A DNA stretch of 64,000 nt, from the NCBI GenBank assembly GCA_043228905.1, contig JBHGNT010000009.1, positions 3,968,001-4,032,000 on the forward strand, given 5' to 3'. Positions 49,042 through 61,139 of the stretch are shown piece by piece. The notes beneath the pieces are model-generated. The model worked only from the letters and a program-made list of their open reading frames with translations. It had not been told where the DNA came from and did no database searches. Each line of letters opens with the position of its first letter. The first letter of the stretch is position 1. The stretch is from Azolla caroliniana (Eukaryota; Plantae; Polypodiophyta). The translations under genes and the position numbers were made by a program.

Positions 49042-52000
49042 AAAATTAGAATTAGAATTTTTTTCATCTATAAAGAGACAAGTTTTGACCTATGGGACTA
49101 GAGTATACATGTGTTCTTGATATGTGCATCCTTCCTAAGAAGGGGTATTCATACATTGAAGCACAAAGTCTCTATGTGTGAATAACGCATACTCATATGA
49201 GCTCAACCTTTTAGGTTGTGTCTTAAGTATGACACTTAAGTTATCACTCCCTCGTAGTCAACATATCTTGAATGAATTGCACTATATGTCGAACATGTGA
49301 AGAGCAAGTGACATTCATCCTCTACCATGCCTTCATTGCATACTTTACATGTCTTCATATTCGTTACATTTTGATACCATGATCCAATTTCAATACCTAA
49401 CTTGTGAGATCGAGTGCGAAGTAGTGTAAGGGCTCTATGAGCATTACTACTCATATTGTTAATGAGATAAGGTTGGATACGATCAATAGGCATTCTTGCA
49501 TTATACTTAGACCAACATTCAGGGTTTGACATTTGCAATGTAGTATTCTAGCTTTGTCCTCTTAATAACATCTTTCCATTTCATCCTTAATGATTCCACC
49601 AACCTTCCCTCAATCATTACATTATGCATAGCATTGCCCAAAAGCTCTAAAAGATCATCCACACCCCACCTTCTAAACCATTTCCTTATGTCAACAACCC
49701 AATCAGATGAGAGAATCTTACTCTTATGATTCTTTTGTAGCTTACATACAACATTCCAAGCAAGATGTAATAATAGATGATCCGGCATATTCTTGACTTC
49801 TGTAATGTATTTATATACTCTTTGGAGTGCCAATATTTCTATGGGTCGAACACCTGTTTCCAAGAGGATAACTTGGTAAGAGGTAGTGCATTTAACTCCT
49901 AATTGCCTCCTTAAAAACATCTTTTGAATTTTCTCAATCTCATTCCATGCATTAAGAGAGATGGTGCCATCCCATACTTCTACTCCATAAAGCAATACTT
50001 GAGTTACCATGACATTGAACAACGTTAGTTTTACTTCCCATCCACAAGTATCACTTTGGTTGCATTGGTTCTATAGAAGGTAATACGATTTCCAACCAGC
50101 TTGCACTACCATCATTTTTGTTTTCTTCACATTCACTGCTAGTCCACTACTATGACAAAATTCTTCTAATACCCCAAGTAAATGTTGCATACTATCAACA
50201 TCATATGAGAAGAGTACGGTAACCACATCATCCGCATACAGACGCAATAAGATAACATGTTGCATCAATTTGGGGGCATTCAATCATTCTTCTCTTGCAA
50301 CCTTATTCACCACTTTCCTAATTTATCAATACATAAGCCAAAGAGTGTGGGTGATAGTGAACATCCTTGCTTGCCCCCATGTTACTTAAAAAGTGCTTTG
50401 AGAATCCATTATCCATTATTAGTTGGCATTTAACTTGTTTATATACGCGTGCAACAGAAACTCGGTACTTTAAGGCCACTTTGTGGTACGGTATCAAATT
50501 TAAAGCTTTCTTGAAATCAACAAAACAACAATAAAGTGTTTTTCCTTGTAGTCGACTCTCTTCCATGACTACTCTTAATGTGACCAAATGATCCACTGTG
50601 ACATTGGAGTCTTTTGGTCTATATACTACGTGCCCAATTGCTCTTTTGCTTGTGCTTTCAGCCCATGTGCTTATCTTTTGCTCCATAATAGTGCTATATA
50701 ATTTAGCAATAGTTGAGCTCACCATTATTGTATGATATTTATTTGATACTTGATTCTTATCTCCAGCATTAAATATTGGTTTAATTCAATCCATAATCCA
50801 ATCATTTGGAAATCCTTGTTTTATAGCTTGCTCTATAATTGTCATTATCCAATTATGAGTATGTGGCATTGTCCATTTTAAAAGCTCACTTGAGACATAG
50901 GTTATGACAGGAATACACGCTCCCAATGAACAACGCTCGGCCACAACCGAGCCTAGAATCAAACACAGAAAACGGGTAATGAACGCACGACACAGTGAAG
51001 AGAAGAGTACACAAGATGTTACTGTGGAAAACCCAAACTAGGGTTAAACCACGGCAGCCCACAGACTGCAAACTATCACTATATCACAATGTACAATAGT
51101 AAAGCACCGAGGCAATGACCTTGAGCTTGCTATCTTCACCATAGGCGGCGGTTACAATAGAGGCAACGACCTCTTCCTCTCTCTCTCTCTCTCTTTGTGT
51201 ACACAGTTATGCACTCAAATCTTGCACCAACAAGAATGACAACTACAATAATACCACTAAGTTTGCCCTAAGTCATATTTATACTAATATGAATTTTCGA
51301 CTATTTACAAATATAGCCCCGATGGACTCTCAGAAAACATATTTACGAATATGTCCCTTTATCCGATGAGTACTTCTCACCGGGCCTTCACCATCCGGCT
51401 CTTGCCGGGTACTCGTAATCCGGTTCTCACTAGGTCTTCCGTACTCGGGTACTCCACATCCGGTTCTCATCAGGTCTTCCGTTGCTGGGTACTCCACATC
51501 CCGTTCTCATCGAGTCTTTCGTTGCCGGGTACACCACATCCGGTTTCTCATCAACACTGTTCTTCTCACTTCCCATCCGGAGGTACTTTGAATGTTGCAA
51601 TAGAGCCGGTATTCATCTTGCCGGATACCGAGCTCTCCGATGAAGTCCTTCATCCATAATATTTCCTTGCCGGCTTCCACAGCCGCCATGTACTCCGCCT
51701 TCGTGGTTGACAATGCAACCACCGTCTTCTGCAACCTTGACTGCCACGAAACAACTGCCTCTGCATATGTCATTACATACCCGAATGTAGACTGGCTGGT
51801 ATCCACATCAGTCGACATGTCCGAATCGGTAAAACCGTCAAGTTAAGGTTTACTGGAGCCGAATCGGAGACACATATCCGAAGTGCCCTTCAAGTACCGG
51901 AGTATCCATTTGACCCCTTCCAGAGTTTGCTCATCAACATTGTTCTTCTCACTTCCCATCCGGAGGGACCTGTTTCCTAACAAACTCCCCCTTCAGTCCG

Positions 52001-52705
52001 GCATGGGATCTCTTTCTAGTCCGATCCGCTTCCTGCATGCATCCAGCTTGTCGGGTATCAGTACTTTGGTCAGCATATTTGACCCGTTCTCGGCCGTGTG
52101 GATCTTCATCAGCGCGAATTCTCGATCTTCTACTCGCTCCCGGATCTAGTGATACCTACGCTGGATGTGCTTCATCCTGGAATGGTACACTGCGTTCTTA
52201 ACAAGGTGGATGGCACTTTGACTGTCGCAATAGAGCCAGTATTCATCTTGTCGGATACCGAGCTCTCCGATGAAGTCCTTCATCCATAATATTTCCTTGC
52301 CGGCTTCCACAGCCGCCATGTACTCCGCCTCAATGGTTGACAATGCAACCGTCTTCTACTGCCTCGACTGCCACGAAACAACTCCCCCAACATATGTCAT
52401 TACATACCCGGATGTAGACCAGCTGGTATCCACATCAACCGATATGTCCGAATCGGTAAAACCATCAAGTTGAGGTTTACTGGAGCCGAATGGGAGACAC
52501 ATATCTGAAGTGCCTTTCAAGTACCGGAGTATCCATTGGACCACTTCCAGAGTTTGCTCATCAACACTTTTCTTCTCACTTCCCATCCGGAGGGACCTAT
52601 TTCCTAACAGGTTGCATTTCCTACTTTCCCACTCAACATCTTCTTTATTCCCTTATTGACATCATCAATATCGATACATTTAGTGCATTTTAAAAGCTCA
52701 CTTGA
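49038..52705 (-). mobile_element. RTEX-like LINE copy A (5'-truncated, interrupted by a copia derivative)
   Basis: RT motifs KKMLSGK..ELLKW (rejoined across the insertion), YCCFVDFKKA, LYADD and LLYGVEVW, plus a C-terminal CKVC..EDECH..C motif and an (AATTCT)n tail. Confidence 0.85.
50905..52609 (-). mobile_element. Rearranged, internally deleted copia derivative (same family as A and C)
   Basis: Near-full LTR at 50905-~51582; RNase H pieces (SWQSR.Q..VALST.EAEYMAA); LTR tips at 51923-51982 and 52552-52609; PPT at 51983-51995. The flanks GGTTA and GGTTG restore the RTEX reading frame when the insert is removed. Confidence 0.82.
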
Positions 52706-52730
52706 AAGAGAGAGAGGGAGAGAGAGAGAA

Positions 52731-52780
52731 ATCGGTAAGGTTGCCCAATGGAGACCAGGTGGTCATGGGTTCAACTAGTG
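52731..52780 (+). mobile_element. tRNA-derived SINE-head fragment (Au-SINE-like)
   Basis: ATCGGTAAGGTTGCCCAATGGAGACCAGGTGGTCATGGGTTCAACT shows the end of an A box, a variable-loop GGTC and a B-box-like GGTTCAA. Confidence 0.4.
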
Positions 52781-52814
52781 AATTAAGATATATGTATGGT
52801 GTATGTAATAGAGA

Positions 52815-53175
52815 AGTCCATATAAGCTCTTCTTCAACCGGCACACCAGGTTCTCTTTCCCTTTCTTGATGAATCCTTCTAACTGGTGCATGTAGATCTC
52901 CTCCTCGAGGTCACCGTGCAAGAATGTGGTCTTGACATTTCGTTGTTCGACCTCGAGGTCCATGCTTGTCGCTATGCTTAGCACTGTCCGGATGGATGTC
53001 ATCTTAACTACCCAGGCAAAGATCTCGTCGAAATCCACACCTTTCTTCTGTTGGAAGCCCTTCACCACACTGCAGGCTTTGTACCTTGGTGGATTTCCGG
53101 CGTCTCCCGATTTCAACTTGTAAAAACAAATAGCGTGCGGAAGCAATAAAAACAGAAAATAGACAACAGACAACA
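52815..53175 (-). mobile_element. Inverted fragment: 3' end of the copia B 3' LTR, TSD, and continuation of the copia A RT
   Basis: The minus strand reads ...CCGCACGCTATTTGTTTTTACA|AGTTG|AAATCGGGAGACGCC (KLKSGDAGNPPRYKA..CRLKKSLYGL). The LTR end matches 37700-37750. Confidence 0.9.
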
Positions 53176-53181
53176 AACAAC

Positions 53182-54718
53182 AAACAAGTTAAATGCCAAC
53201 TAAAAATGGATAGTGGATTCTCAAAGCACTTTTTAAGTAACATGGGGGCAAGCAAGGATGTTCACTATCACCCACACTCTTTGGCTTATGTATTGATAAA
53301 TTAGGAAAGTGGTGAATAAGGTTGCAAGAGAAGAATGATTGAATGCCCCCAAATTGATGCAACATGTTATCTTATTGCGTCTGTATGCGGATGATGTGGT
53401 TACCGTACTCTTCTCATATGATGTTGATAGTATGCAACATTTACTTGGGGTATTAGAAGAATTTTGTCATAGTAGTGGACTAGCAGTGAATGTGAAGAAA
53501 ACAAAAATGATGGTAGTGCAAACCATCCAACCTCATCATTACCCTATGCTCACATATAGAGGTGAACATATACAATTTGTTCGAAGCTTTAAATATATTG
53601 GTATTGATGTACCCGCTACAAATAAATGGAGTGCATGCTTTGATTCTAGGCTCCAAGCTGGTTGGAAATCGTATTACCTTCTATAGAACCAATGCAACCA
53701 AAGTGATACTTGTGGATGGGAAGTAAAACTAACGTTGTTCAATGTCATGGTAAATCAAGTATTGCTTTATGGAGTAGAAGTATGGGATGGCACCATCTCT
53801 CTTAATGCATGGAATGAGATTGAGAAAATTCAAAAGATGTTTTTAAGGAGGCAATTAGGAGTTAAATGCACTACCTCTTACCAAGTTATCCTCTTGGAAA
53901 CAGGTGTTCGACCCATAGAAATATTGGCACTCCAAAGAGTATATAAATACATTACAGAAGTCAAGAATATGCCGGATCATCTATTATTACATCTTGCTTG
54001 GAATGTTGTATGTAAGCTACAAAAGAATCATAAGAGTAAGATTCTCTCATCTGATTGGGTTGTTGACATAAGGAAATGGTTTAGAAGGTGGGGTGTGGAT
54101 GATCTTTTAGAGCTTTTGGGCAATGCTATGCATTATGTAAAGATTGAGGGAAGGTTGGTGGAATCATTAAGGATGAAATGGAAAGATGTTATTAAGAGGA
54201 CAAAGCTAGAATACTACATTGCAAATGTCAACCCTGAATGTTGGTCTCAGTATAATGCAAGAATGCCTATTGATCGTATCCAACCTTATCTCATTAACAA
54301 TATGAGTAGTAATGCTCATAGAGCCCTTACACTACTTCGCACTCGATCTCACAAGTTAGGTATTGAAATTGGATCATGGTATCAAAATGTAACGAATATG
54401 AAGACATGTAAAGTATGCAATGAAGGCATGGTAGAGGATGAATGTCACTTGCTCTTCACATGTTCGACATATAGTGCAATTCATTCAAGATATTTTGACA
54501 TACTAGAAGGGAGTGATAACTTAAGTGCCATACTTAAGACACCACCTAGAAGGTTGAGCTCATATGAGTATGCGTTATTCACACATAGAGACTTTGTGCT
54601 TCAATGTATGAATACCCCTTCTTAGGAAGGATGCACACATCAAGAACACATGTATACTCTAGTCCCATAGGTCAAAACTGGTCTCTTTATAGACGAAAAA
54701 AATTCTAATTCTAATTTT

Positions 54719-54722
<4 letters not shown>
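53182..54722 (+). mobile_element. RTEX-like LINE copy B (inverted duplicate of 49038-50440)
   Basis: ORFs 53339-53686 and 53735-54625 are nearly identical to minus-strand ORFs 50071-50283, 49519-50022 and 49236-49538. RT domains 5-7 and the C-terminal zinc motif are present, followed by (AATTCT)n and then (CT)n. Confidence 0.9.
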
Positions 54723-54753
<31 letters not shown>

Positions 54754-54983
54754 GAAAACACACAATTATATTAATAAATGTGTGTAAAAAAACTACTTAC
54801 AATGGGTGTGACAATGGAGTATGGTCATCCACTAACTACACTACATGGATAGTGGAACATGTTGAATTGCCAATAGGCAAGATGAACACTCCACTAAGGA
54901 AAGAATTTCCACTTGCTCCAATAAGGAAAATTGCCACATTAGTATTCCCTTCAACTTTCGTAGATATAATTTCACTCCATGTC

Positions 54984-57900
54984 TGATGGGAATTATACGC
55001 TCCCCTATGAACAACGCTCGGCCACAACCGAGCTTAGAATCAAACACAGAAAATGGTAATGAATGCACGACACAAAAGTGAGAGAAGAGTACCACGAAAC
55101 AGCTCCCCCTGCATATGAGGTTTTCCACATCAGCCGACATGTCCGAATCGGTAAAACCGTCAAGTTGAGGTTTTCCGGAGCCGAATCGGAGACACATATT
55201 GGAAGTGCCCTTCAAGTACCGGAGTATCCATTTGACCGCATTCTAGTGCTCCTTGCCGAGATTGCTCATGAACTGGCGCACCACTCCGACTGCGTACCCT
55301 ATATCCGGTTGGGTACACACCATTGCGTACATTAAGCTCCCGACGGTAGAGGCATATGGAATCTTCATCATATCCGCCTTCTCTGCTTTCGTCTTCGGGC
55401 TTTGCTTACCGAATTACCTGCAGTTTGCCGGAAGTGTCGATTCAACCGGTTTCGCATCTGACATGTTGAACCGGTGAAGCACCTTTGTCACGTACTTTTC
55501 CTGTGACAGCCACAATTGCTTCACTGACTGGTTCCGCGTAATATGCATCCCCAACATCTGTCTTGCCGGACCCAAGTCTTTCATTGAGAAGGTCCGGTTG
55601 AGAGCCTTCTTCAGCATCCGTATTTTGACTTGGTCCCGTCCGACGATCAACATGTCATCCACGTACAGAAGGAGTATCAGGAAGTCACCTCCTTCGAACT
55701 TCTTCACAAACGTGCAGTGATCGGCCTGCATCTTGTGGTACCCTTGATCGGTCATGAAGGAGTCAAACTTCCGGTACCATTGTCGGGGATCCTGCTTTAG
55801 TCCGTACAAGCTCTTCCTCAACCGGCATACCAGGTGCTCCTTCCCTTTCTCCACGAATCCTTCCGATTGCTGCATGTAGATCTCCTCTTCGAGGTCCATG
55901 CTGCTCTACCTCGAGGTCTATGCTTGCCACTATACTCAACACCGTCCGGATGGAGGTCATCTTTACTACCGGGGCAAATATCGCGTCGAAGTCCACGCCC
56001 TTCTTCTGCTGGAAGCCCTTCACCACGATCCTGACTTTGTATCTCGGGGGGTTGCCGGCATCTCCCAGTTTCAACTTGTACACCCACTTATTTCGAAGTG
56101 TCCGCTTTCCTTTCGGCAACTCCACCAATTCGTATGTATGGTTCTCATGCAGGGAATCCATCTCATCCTGCATGGCACTTAACCATTTTCGGCTGTGGGT
56201 GTCATCCTTCGCTTCTTCGAAGCTTTCTGGCTCCCCCTCGTCGGTTAGCAGCACATGCTCTACATCCGGAAATCTCCGGGGGGGCCTTCTCTCTCTGAGA
56301 GGATATCTCCGTCTTTGGGCTTCGGTAACCGGCTCCTCCATTTGCTCTTCATCTGAATCCGATTCGGGATCTTGGCCGGTTCCGGTTTCAGCTTCCTCTA
56401 CTTCTTCTTCAGCCCGTTCGGTATCCTCACCGTAACCGGCTGGTCCCTCGAGTGCTAACCGGTCTCTTGCCGGTTGGGTCTGCTCATCGTAGAATCGATC
56501 CTTATTGGTCGACTCGGAGTTCATTATCTTCTTCTCCGACTCCTAGTCGGCGAGCGTCTTGTCCTCCATGAAGATAATATCTCGACTCCAGAATACCTTC
56601 TTGTCGACCAGGTTCGACACTCGGTAGCCGAACTCATCGTCGTCGTAACCGAGGAATATGCATGGTCGGGTCTTTGGATCTAACTTTCCTCTCCGGTCCT
56701 TAGCTACATGCACGTACGCGAGACACCCGAACAACCTTCAGATGTCGGTAGGATACTTCCTTACCGGTCCATACCCTCTGTGGCGTGTCTCCTTCCAAGG
56801 GTACCGAGGGTGATCTGTTTATCACATATGTCGTCGTCGACAGTTCCTCAGCCCAAAACTTCTTGGGTAGTTTTGCATGCGCCAGCATACTCCGGACCCT
56901 CTCCATTATGGTCCGGTTCATCCTCTTGGCCAGCCCGTTTAGTTCTGGCGTCTTCGGCACGGTAAATTCGAGCCGGATTCCCTTCGAGCGACAATACTCC
57001 TCAAACTGCCCCCGATATTCACCTCCGTTATCTGCTCGAACCGCCTTCAGCTTCCGGCCGGTTTCTCTTTCCACTCTCGCGTGGAGCTCTTTGAAGACGG
57101 ATAGTACCTGATCCTTCGTCTTCAATGGTGTGACCCACAGCTTCCGGCTGTGGTCATCTATGAACGTCACGAAGTACTGCGATCCTGCATGTGACTTCGT
57201 GTCCACTTGACACACATCAGTATGCACCAACTCCAGTGGTGCATTACGTCTCATCGGTGGCCTTGGTCGAAAGGAGGTCCGGTTTTGCTTACCGGCCAGA
57301 CAATCAGTGCACTTCTCCAAGTGCACGTTCTTCACTGGAATGAGGTTGTCGTCTGCAAGCCTCTTCATCCCCTTCTCGCTCATGTGACACAACCTTTTGT
57401 GCCATAACTCACCGGCAGTGTCGAATGCCACGTTCACTTCCTCCGGACATAACCGGGCATTCATCAGGTACAGTGTGTTGACCTTCCGGGCCCGAGCCAC
57501 AATCAGGCTCCCCTTGCAGAACTTCATAACACCGTTCCGGATGCTACCCGTGTAGCCTTCATCATCTAGCCGACCGGCTGATATCAGGTTCAGACGAACC
57601 TCCGGAACGTCTCGGACATCCTTCAACAGCATCTTGCATCCGGTTGGTGTTGTCAACCACACGTCTCCTATGCCAACAATTCGGCATGTACCTTCATTCC
57701 CCATCCGGACACAACCGTGATCACCGGCTGTGTAGGATGAGAAGCATTTACGGTCCGGGGTAAGGTGGAACGACGCTCTGGAGTCGACCACCCAGGTCAT
57801 CTCGTCGCCGGCAAGGTTTATCTCACTCTCCTCGGTGATGAGCATAAACTCTTCTTCACTTGTCGCGATTGTCGTCGTTCCCTTCTGGTTCGTTCCCCTC

Positions 57901-59795
57901 CGGTCTTTACCGTTCCGGTCCGGTGTCCGCGTCGAATCGGTACCGTCGGTTTCCTTGTCTTTCCGGAAATGCCGACAGTTCTTCTAGAAGTGTCCCGGCT
58001 TGCCGCAATAGAAGCAAGTAGGCCTCCCCCTTGACTTTGACCGCGTCCCCGACTTTTCCTGGTTCTGAGGACTACGGTTCCTTTGTCTTCCGCGTTCCAA
58101 TTCGGTAAGGAGCGCTTTGGAGTCGGAGCTCGTATCCTTATCTTTCCGACGCGCCTCCTCATCTAGCAAGCTCGATTTCACTCTCGCTAGGGATAACCGT
58201 TTCCCTTTCGGCCCGGCGTTGCCCAAGGTGACAACCAACGTCTCTCAGCTATCTGGGAGGGAACCGAGCAGGAGTAGTGCTAGTACCTCGTCGGTGAGAG
58301 GTACTTCCAATGATGTTGCTTGGTGGATCAGCCCCTGGAAGGCATTCATGTGCTCCGCCATGCTGGAGCCATCTTGGTACCGGAGTCTTACTAGCTTCCG
58401 GAATACCGAAACCTGATTAACAACATTTTTGTTTTGAAAAATAATGCCGATCTTCTCCCAGAGCTCATCAGCCTTGCTCTCTTCATTGAAGTTGTTGTAT
58501 AGGCTCATGTCGATGAAGCACCGTATGTACGCCGGTGGATCAGCCCCTGGAAGGCATTCATGTGCTCCGCCATGCTGGAGCCATCTTGGTACTGGAGTCT
58601 TACTAGCTTCCGGAATACCGAAACCTGATTAACAACATTTTTGTTTTGAAACATAATGCCGATCTTCTCCCAGAGCTCATCAGCCTTGCTCTCTTCATTG
58701 AAGTTGTTGTATAGGCTCATGTCGATGAAGCACCGTATGTACGCCGGTGGATTAGCCCCTGGAAGGCATTCATGTGCTCCGCCATGCTGGAGCCATCTTG
58801 GTACTGGAGTCTTACTAGCTTCCGGAATACCGAAACTTGATTAACAACATTTTTGTTTTGAAACATAATGTCGATCTTCTCCCAGAGCTCATGAGCCTTG
58901 CTCTCTTCATTGAAGTTGTTGTATAGGCGCATGTCGATGAAGCACCGTATGTACGCCGTTTTCTTCATGTGCATTACCTCCCATATCGCGGCATCAATTT
59001 TGTCCGGTCTCTTGTCCCCGAACTGAACCGGCAGCCAGAGGTCTTTAACCACGAGCATGTCCCTCATCTTCGACTTCTACACCGAATAGTTGGAGCCGGT
59101 GAGCTTGAACATGCCTCCCAACGAATAGTCCATTTTCTGTGTCGTTTCGCTCTGATACCACTTGACGGGAACTATACGCTCCCCTATGAACAACGCTCAG
59201 CCACAACCGAGCTTAGAATCAAACACAGAAAACAGGAATGAATGCACGACACAAAAGTGAGAGAAGAGTACACAGGATGTTTAACGTGGAAACCCTTGAG
59301 AGGGAAAAACCACGGGAGTCCACAGACTCCAAACTATCACTATATATGAATGTACAATAGTGGAGCACCGAGGCAACGACCTCGAGCTTGCTATCTTCGC
59401 CACAGGCGGCGGTTACAATAAGAGGCAACGACCTCTTCCTCTCTCTCTCTCTGTACACAGTTACGCGCACTCAAATCTTGCACCAACAAGAATGACAACA
59501 CACTATATAAAAGTTTTCCCTAAGTCATATTTATACTAATATGACTTTTCGGCTATTTACAAATATAGCCTCGATGGACTCTCAGAAACATATTTACGAA
59601 TATGTCTCTTCATCCGGTGAGCACTCCTCACCGGGTCTTCACCATTCGGCTCTCCGTAGCCGGGTACTCCTCATTCGGTTCTCACCGGGTTTGCACCATC
59701 CGGCTCTCCGAAGCCGGGTACTCCTCATCCGGTTTCGGCCTCAACCGATACACTGTTCTTCTCCCTTCCCATCCGGAGGGACCTGTCTCCCAACA
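54984..59795 (-). mobile_element. Ty1/copia element C (family of element A), with its 3' LTR and RNase H partly deleted
   Basis: 5' LTR 59795-59163 (TGTTGGG..CCGTCA); PBS TGGTATCAGAGC at 59160-59149; gag, PR, IN (ORF 56700-57845) and RT (LLLYVDDML). The 3' LTR remnant is 54984-~55091. Perfect TSD ATGTC at 54979-54983 and 59796-59800. Confidence 0.92.
58322..58957. repeat. 212-bp triple tandem repeat within the copia C gag
   Basis: The same segment (..SLYNNFNEESKADELWEKI..AFQGLIH) recurs in ORFs 58245-58508, 58505-58720 and 58717-59067, with the junction GTACGCC|GGTGGAT. Confidence 0.93.
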
Positions 59796-61139
59796 ATGTC
59801 TACCATCGAATACAAAAGTATTGCACATGTTCCAATTATGACGTAATCCCCAATATCTCTAAAATTAAAAAACGATATCCATCTCTGATTTTGGGTCAAC
59901 CTGTGTAAATTGTGCAAACACCCATAGTCTACGTGTCAAATAACACCATGATAAGACTTGCCAAATTTGTGAAATGTAACTCCAAATCTGACAAGCAATC
60001 AGACATTTTATAAAACGAAGTACTATCTTCCATTTGAACAATGCAAAAAAAGAAATTACCTGTTCCTAGTCCATGACGCTTTAGAGCTAATCCCAAAGGC
60101 AATCCTCCAATCAAAACTCTCCAAATGAAGACCTTTGCTACAAGTGGCAATTTAGAATGCCAACTATGTTGTAAGATCTGCCATCACACATGATTAGATT
60201 TGTGTATTTTCCATTCTTCTTCAGCCTTAGATGATAGCCATCCAAGAGACTCTGTAACAAAAGATTAGTAATCACTTGTAACAATGACATTTGACCCCGT
60301 AAACACCAATGAATCCACTATTGTTCTCCTGTTTGTAGAGGTAAGGGACCTTGCATCAATACAATATTTCTGTAGTTGTAGTCAAATAAACCCATAATTA
60401 GGCGGGATGCGTAATAATTGTCGCGCTTCAACAAACTCCAAAATTCTTTCAAATGGAGCCTCAACTATATCTCACACCTCTTTGACCCCCAAATGAAACA
60501 AACAATTAAATTGAGAGTGCAATCTCTCCTATCCTAGCCAACATAATAACCGAGAAGACACAAGTAACTTTTTTTGCAAAGAATTACAATGCTCTCTACT
60601 AGATGATTGTTTCCATACACATAACAAGAGTGCTTCTTGCCATGAAGTAACCAAGTGTTGAACACATGAAGAGCTCGGAATCCTAAGTGAAATGCATCCA
60701 TTCAGTAATTGCCACCATGAAACCTTAATCGTTGTCCTCCCATGTGTTAAACCTGTGCTCTCAATGAAATATTGAACAATAGATATCCATGGTTGTGAGT
60801 TTGAACACATGTCTTGTAATAATGAAAATCTACAACCCATCATATGCATAGATAAGTTCAATATTCCAGCTCCCCCCAAGCGCTTAGGGGTTGCCAGATG
60901 ATTCGCAACCCAAGTGATTCTCATATTATCCCTCTTCTTCCACAACAAATATCGAAGAGGTTGCAAAAGAAAATGCCAAGCCTTCTTTGTCCATGGCAAC
61001 AATGGCAAGTAATATAACATCGTGGGTTCCGTAATACATTGTACAACCTTCAAGCGTACATGAAATGGCCAAGATTGTTACTTCCAATACATGAACTTAC
61101 CCCTCAACTTACTTGCATGTATTCAATCAATTGACCATT

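Noticed and set aside
47892-54983. Large inverted repeat read as the TIRs of a giant DNA transposon or a hairpin-RNA gene
   Set aside because: The arms consist of LINE fragments, have no TSD or transposase, and are explained by the inversion-duplication.
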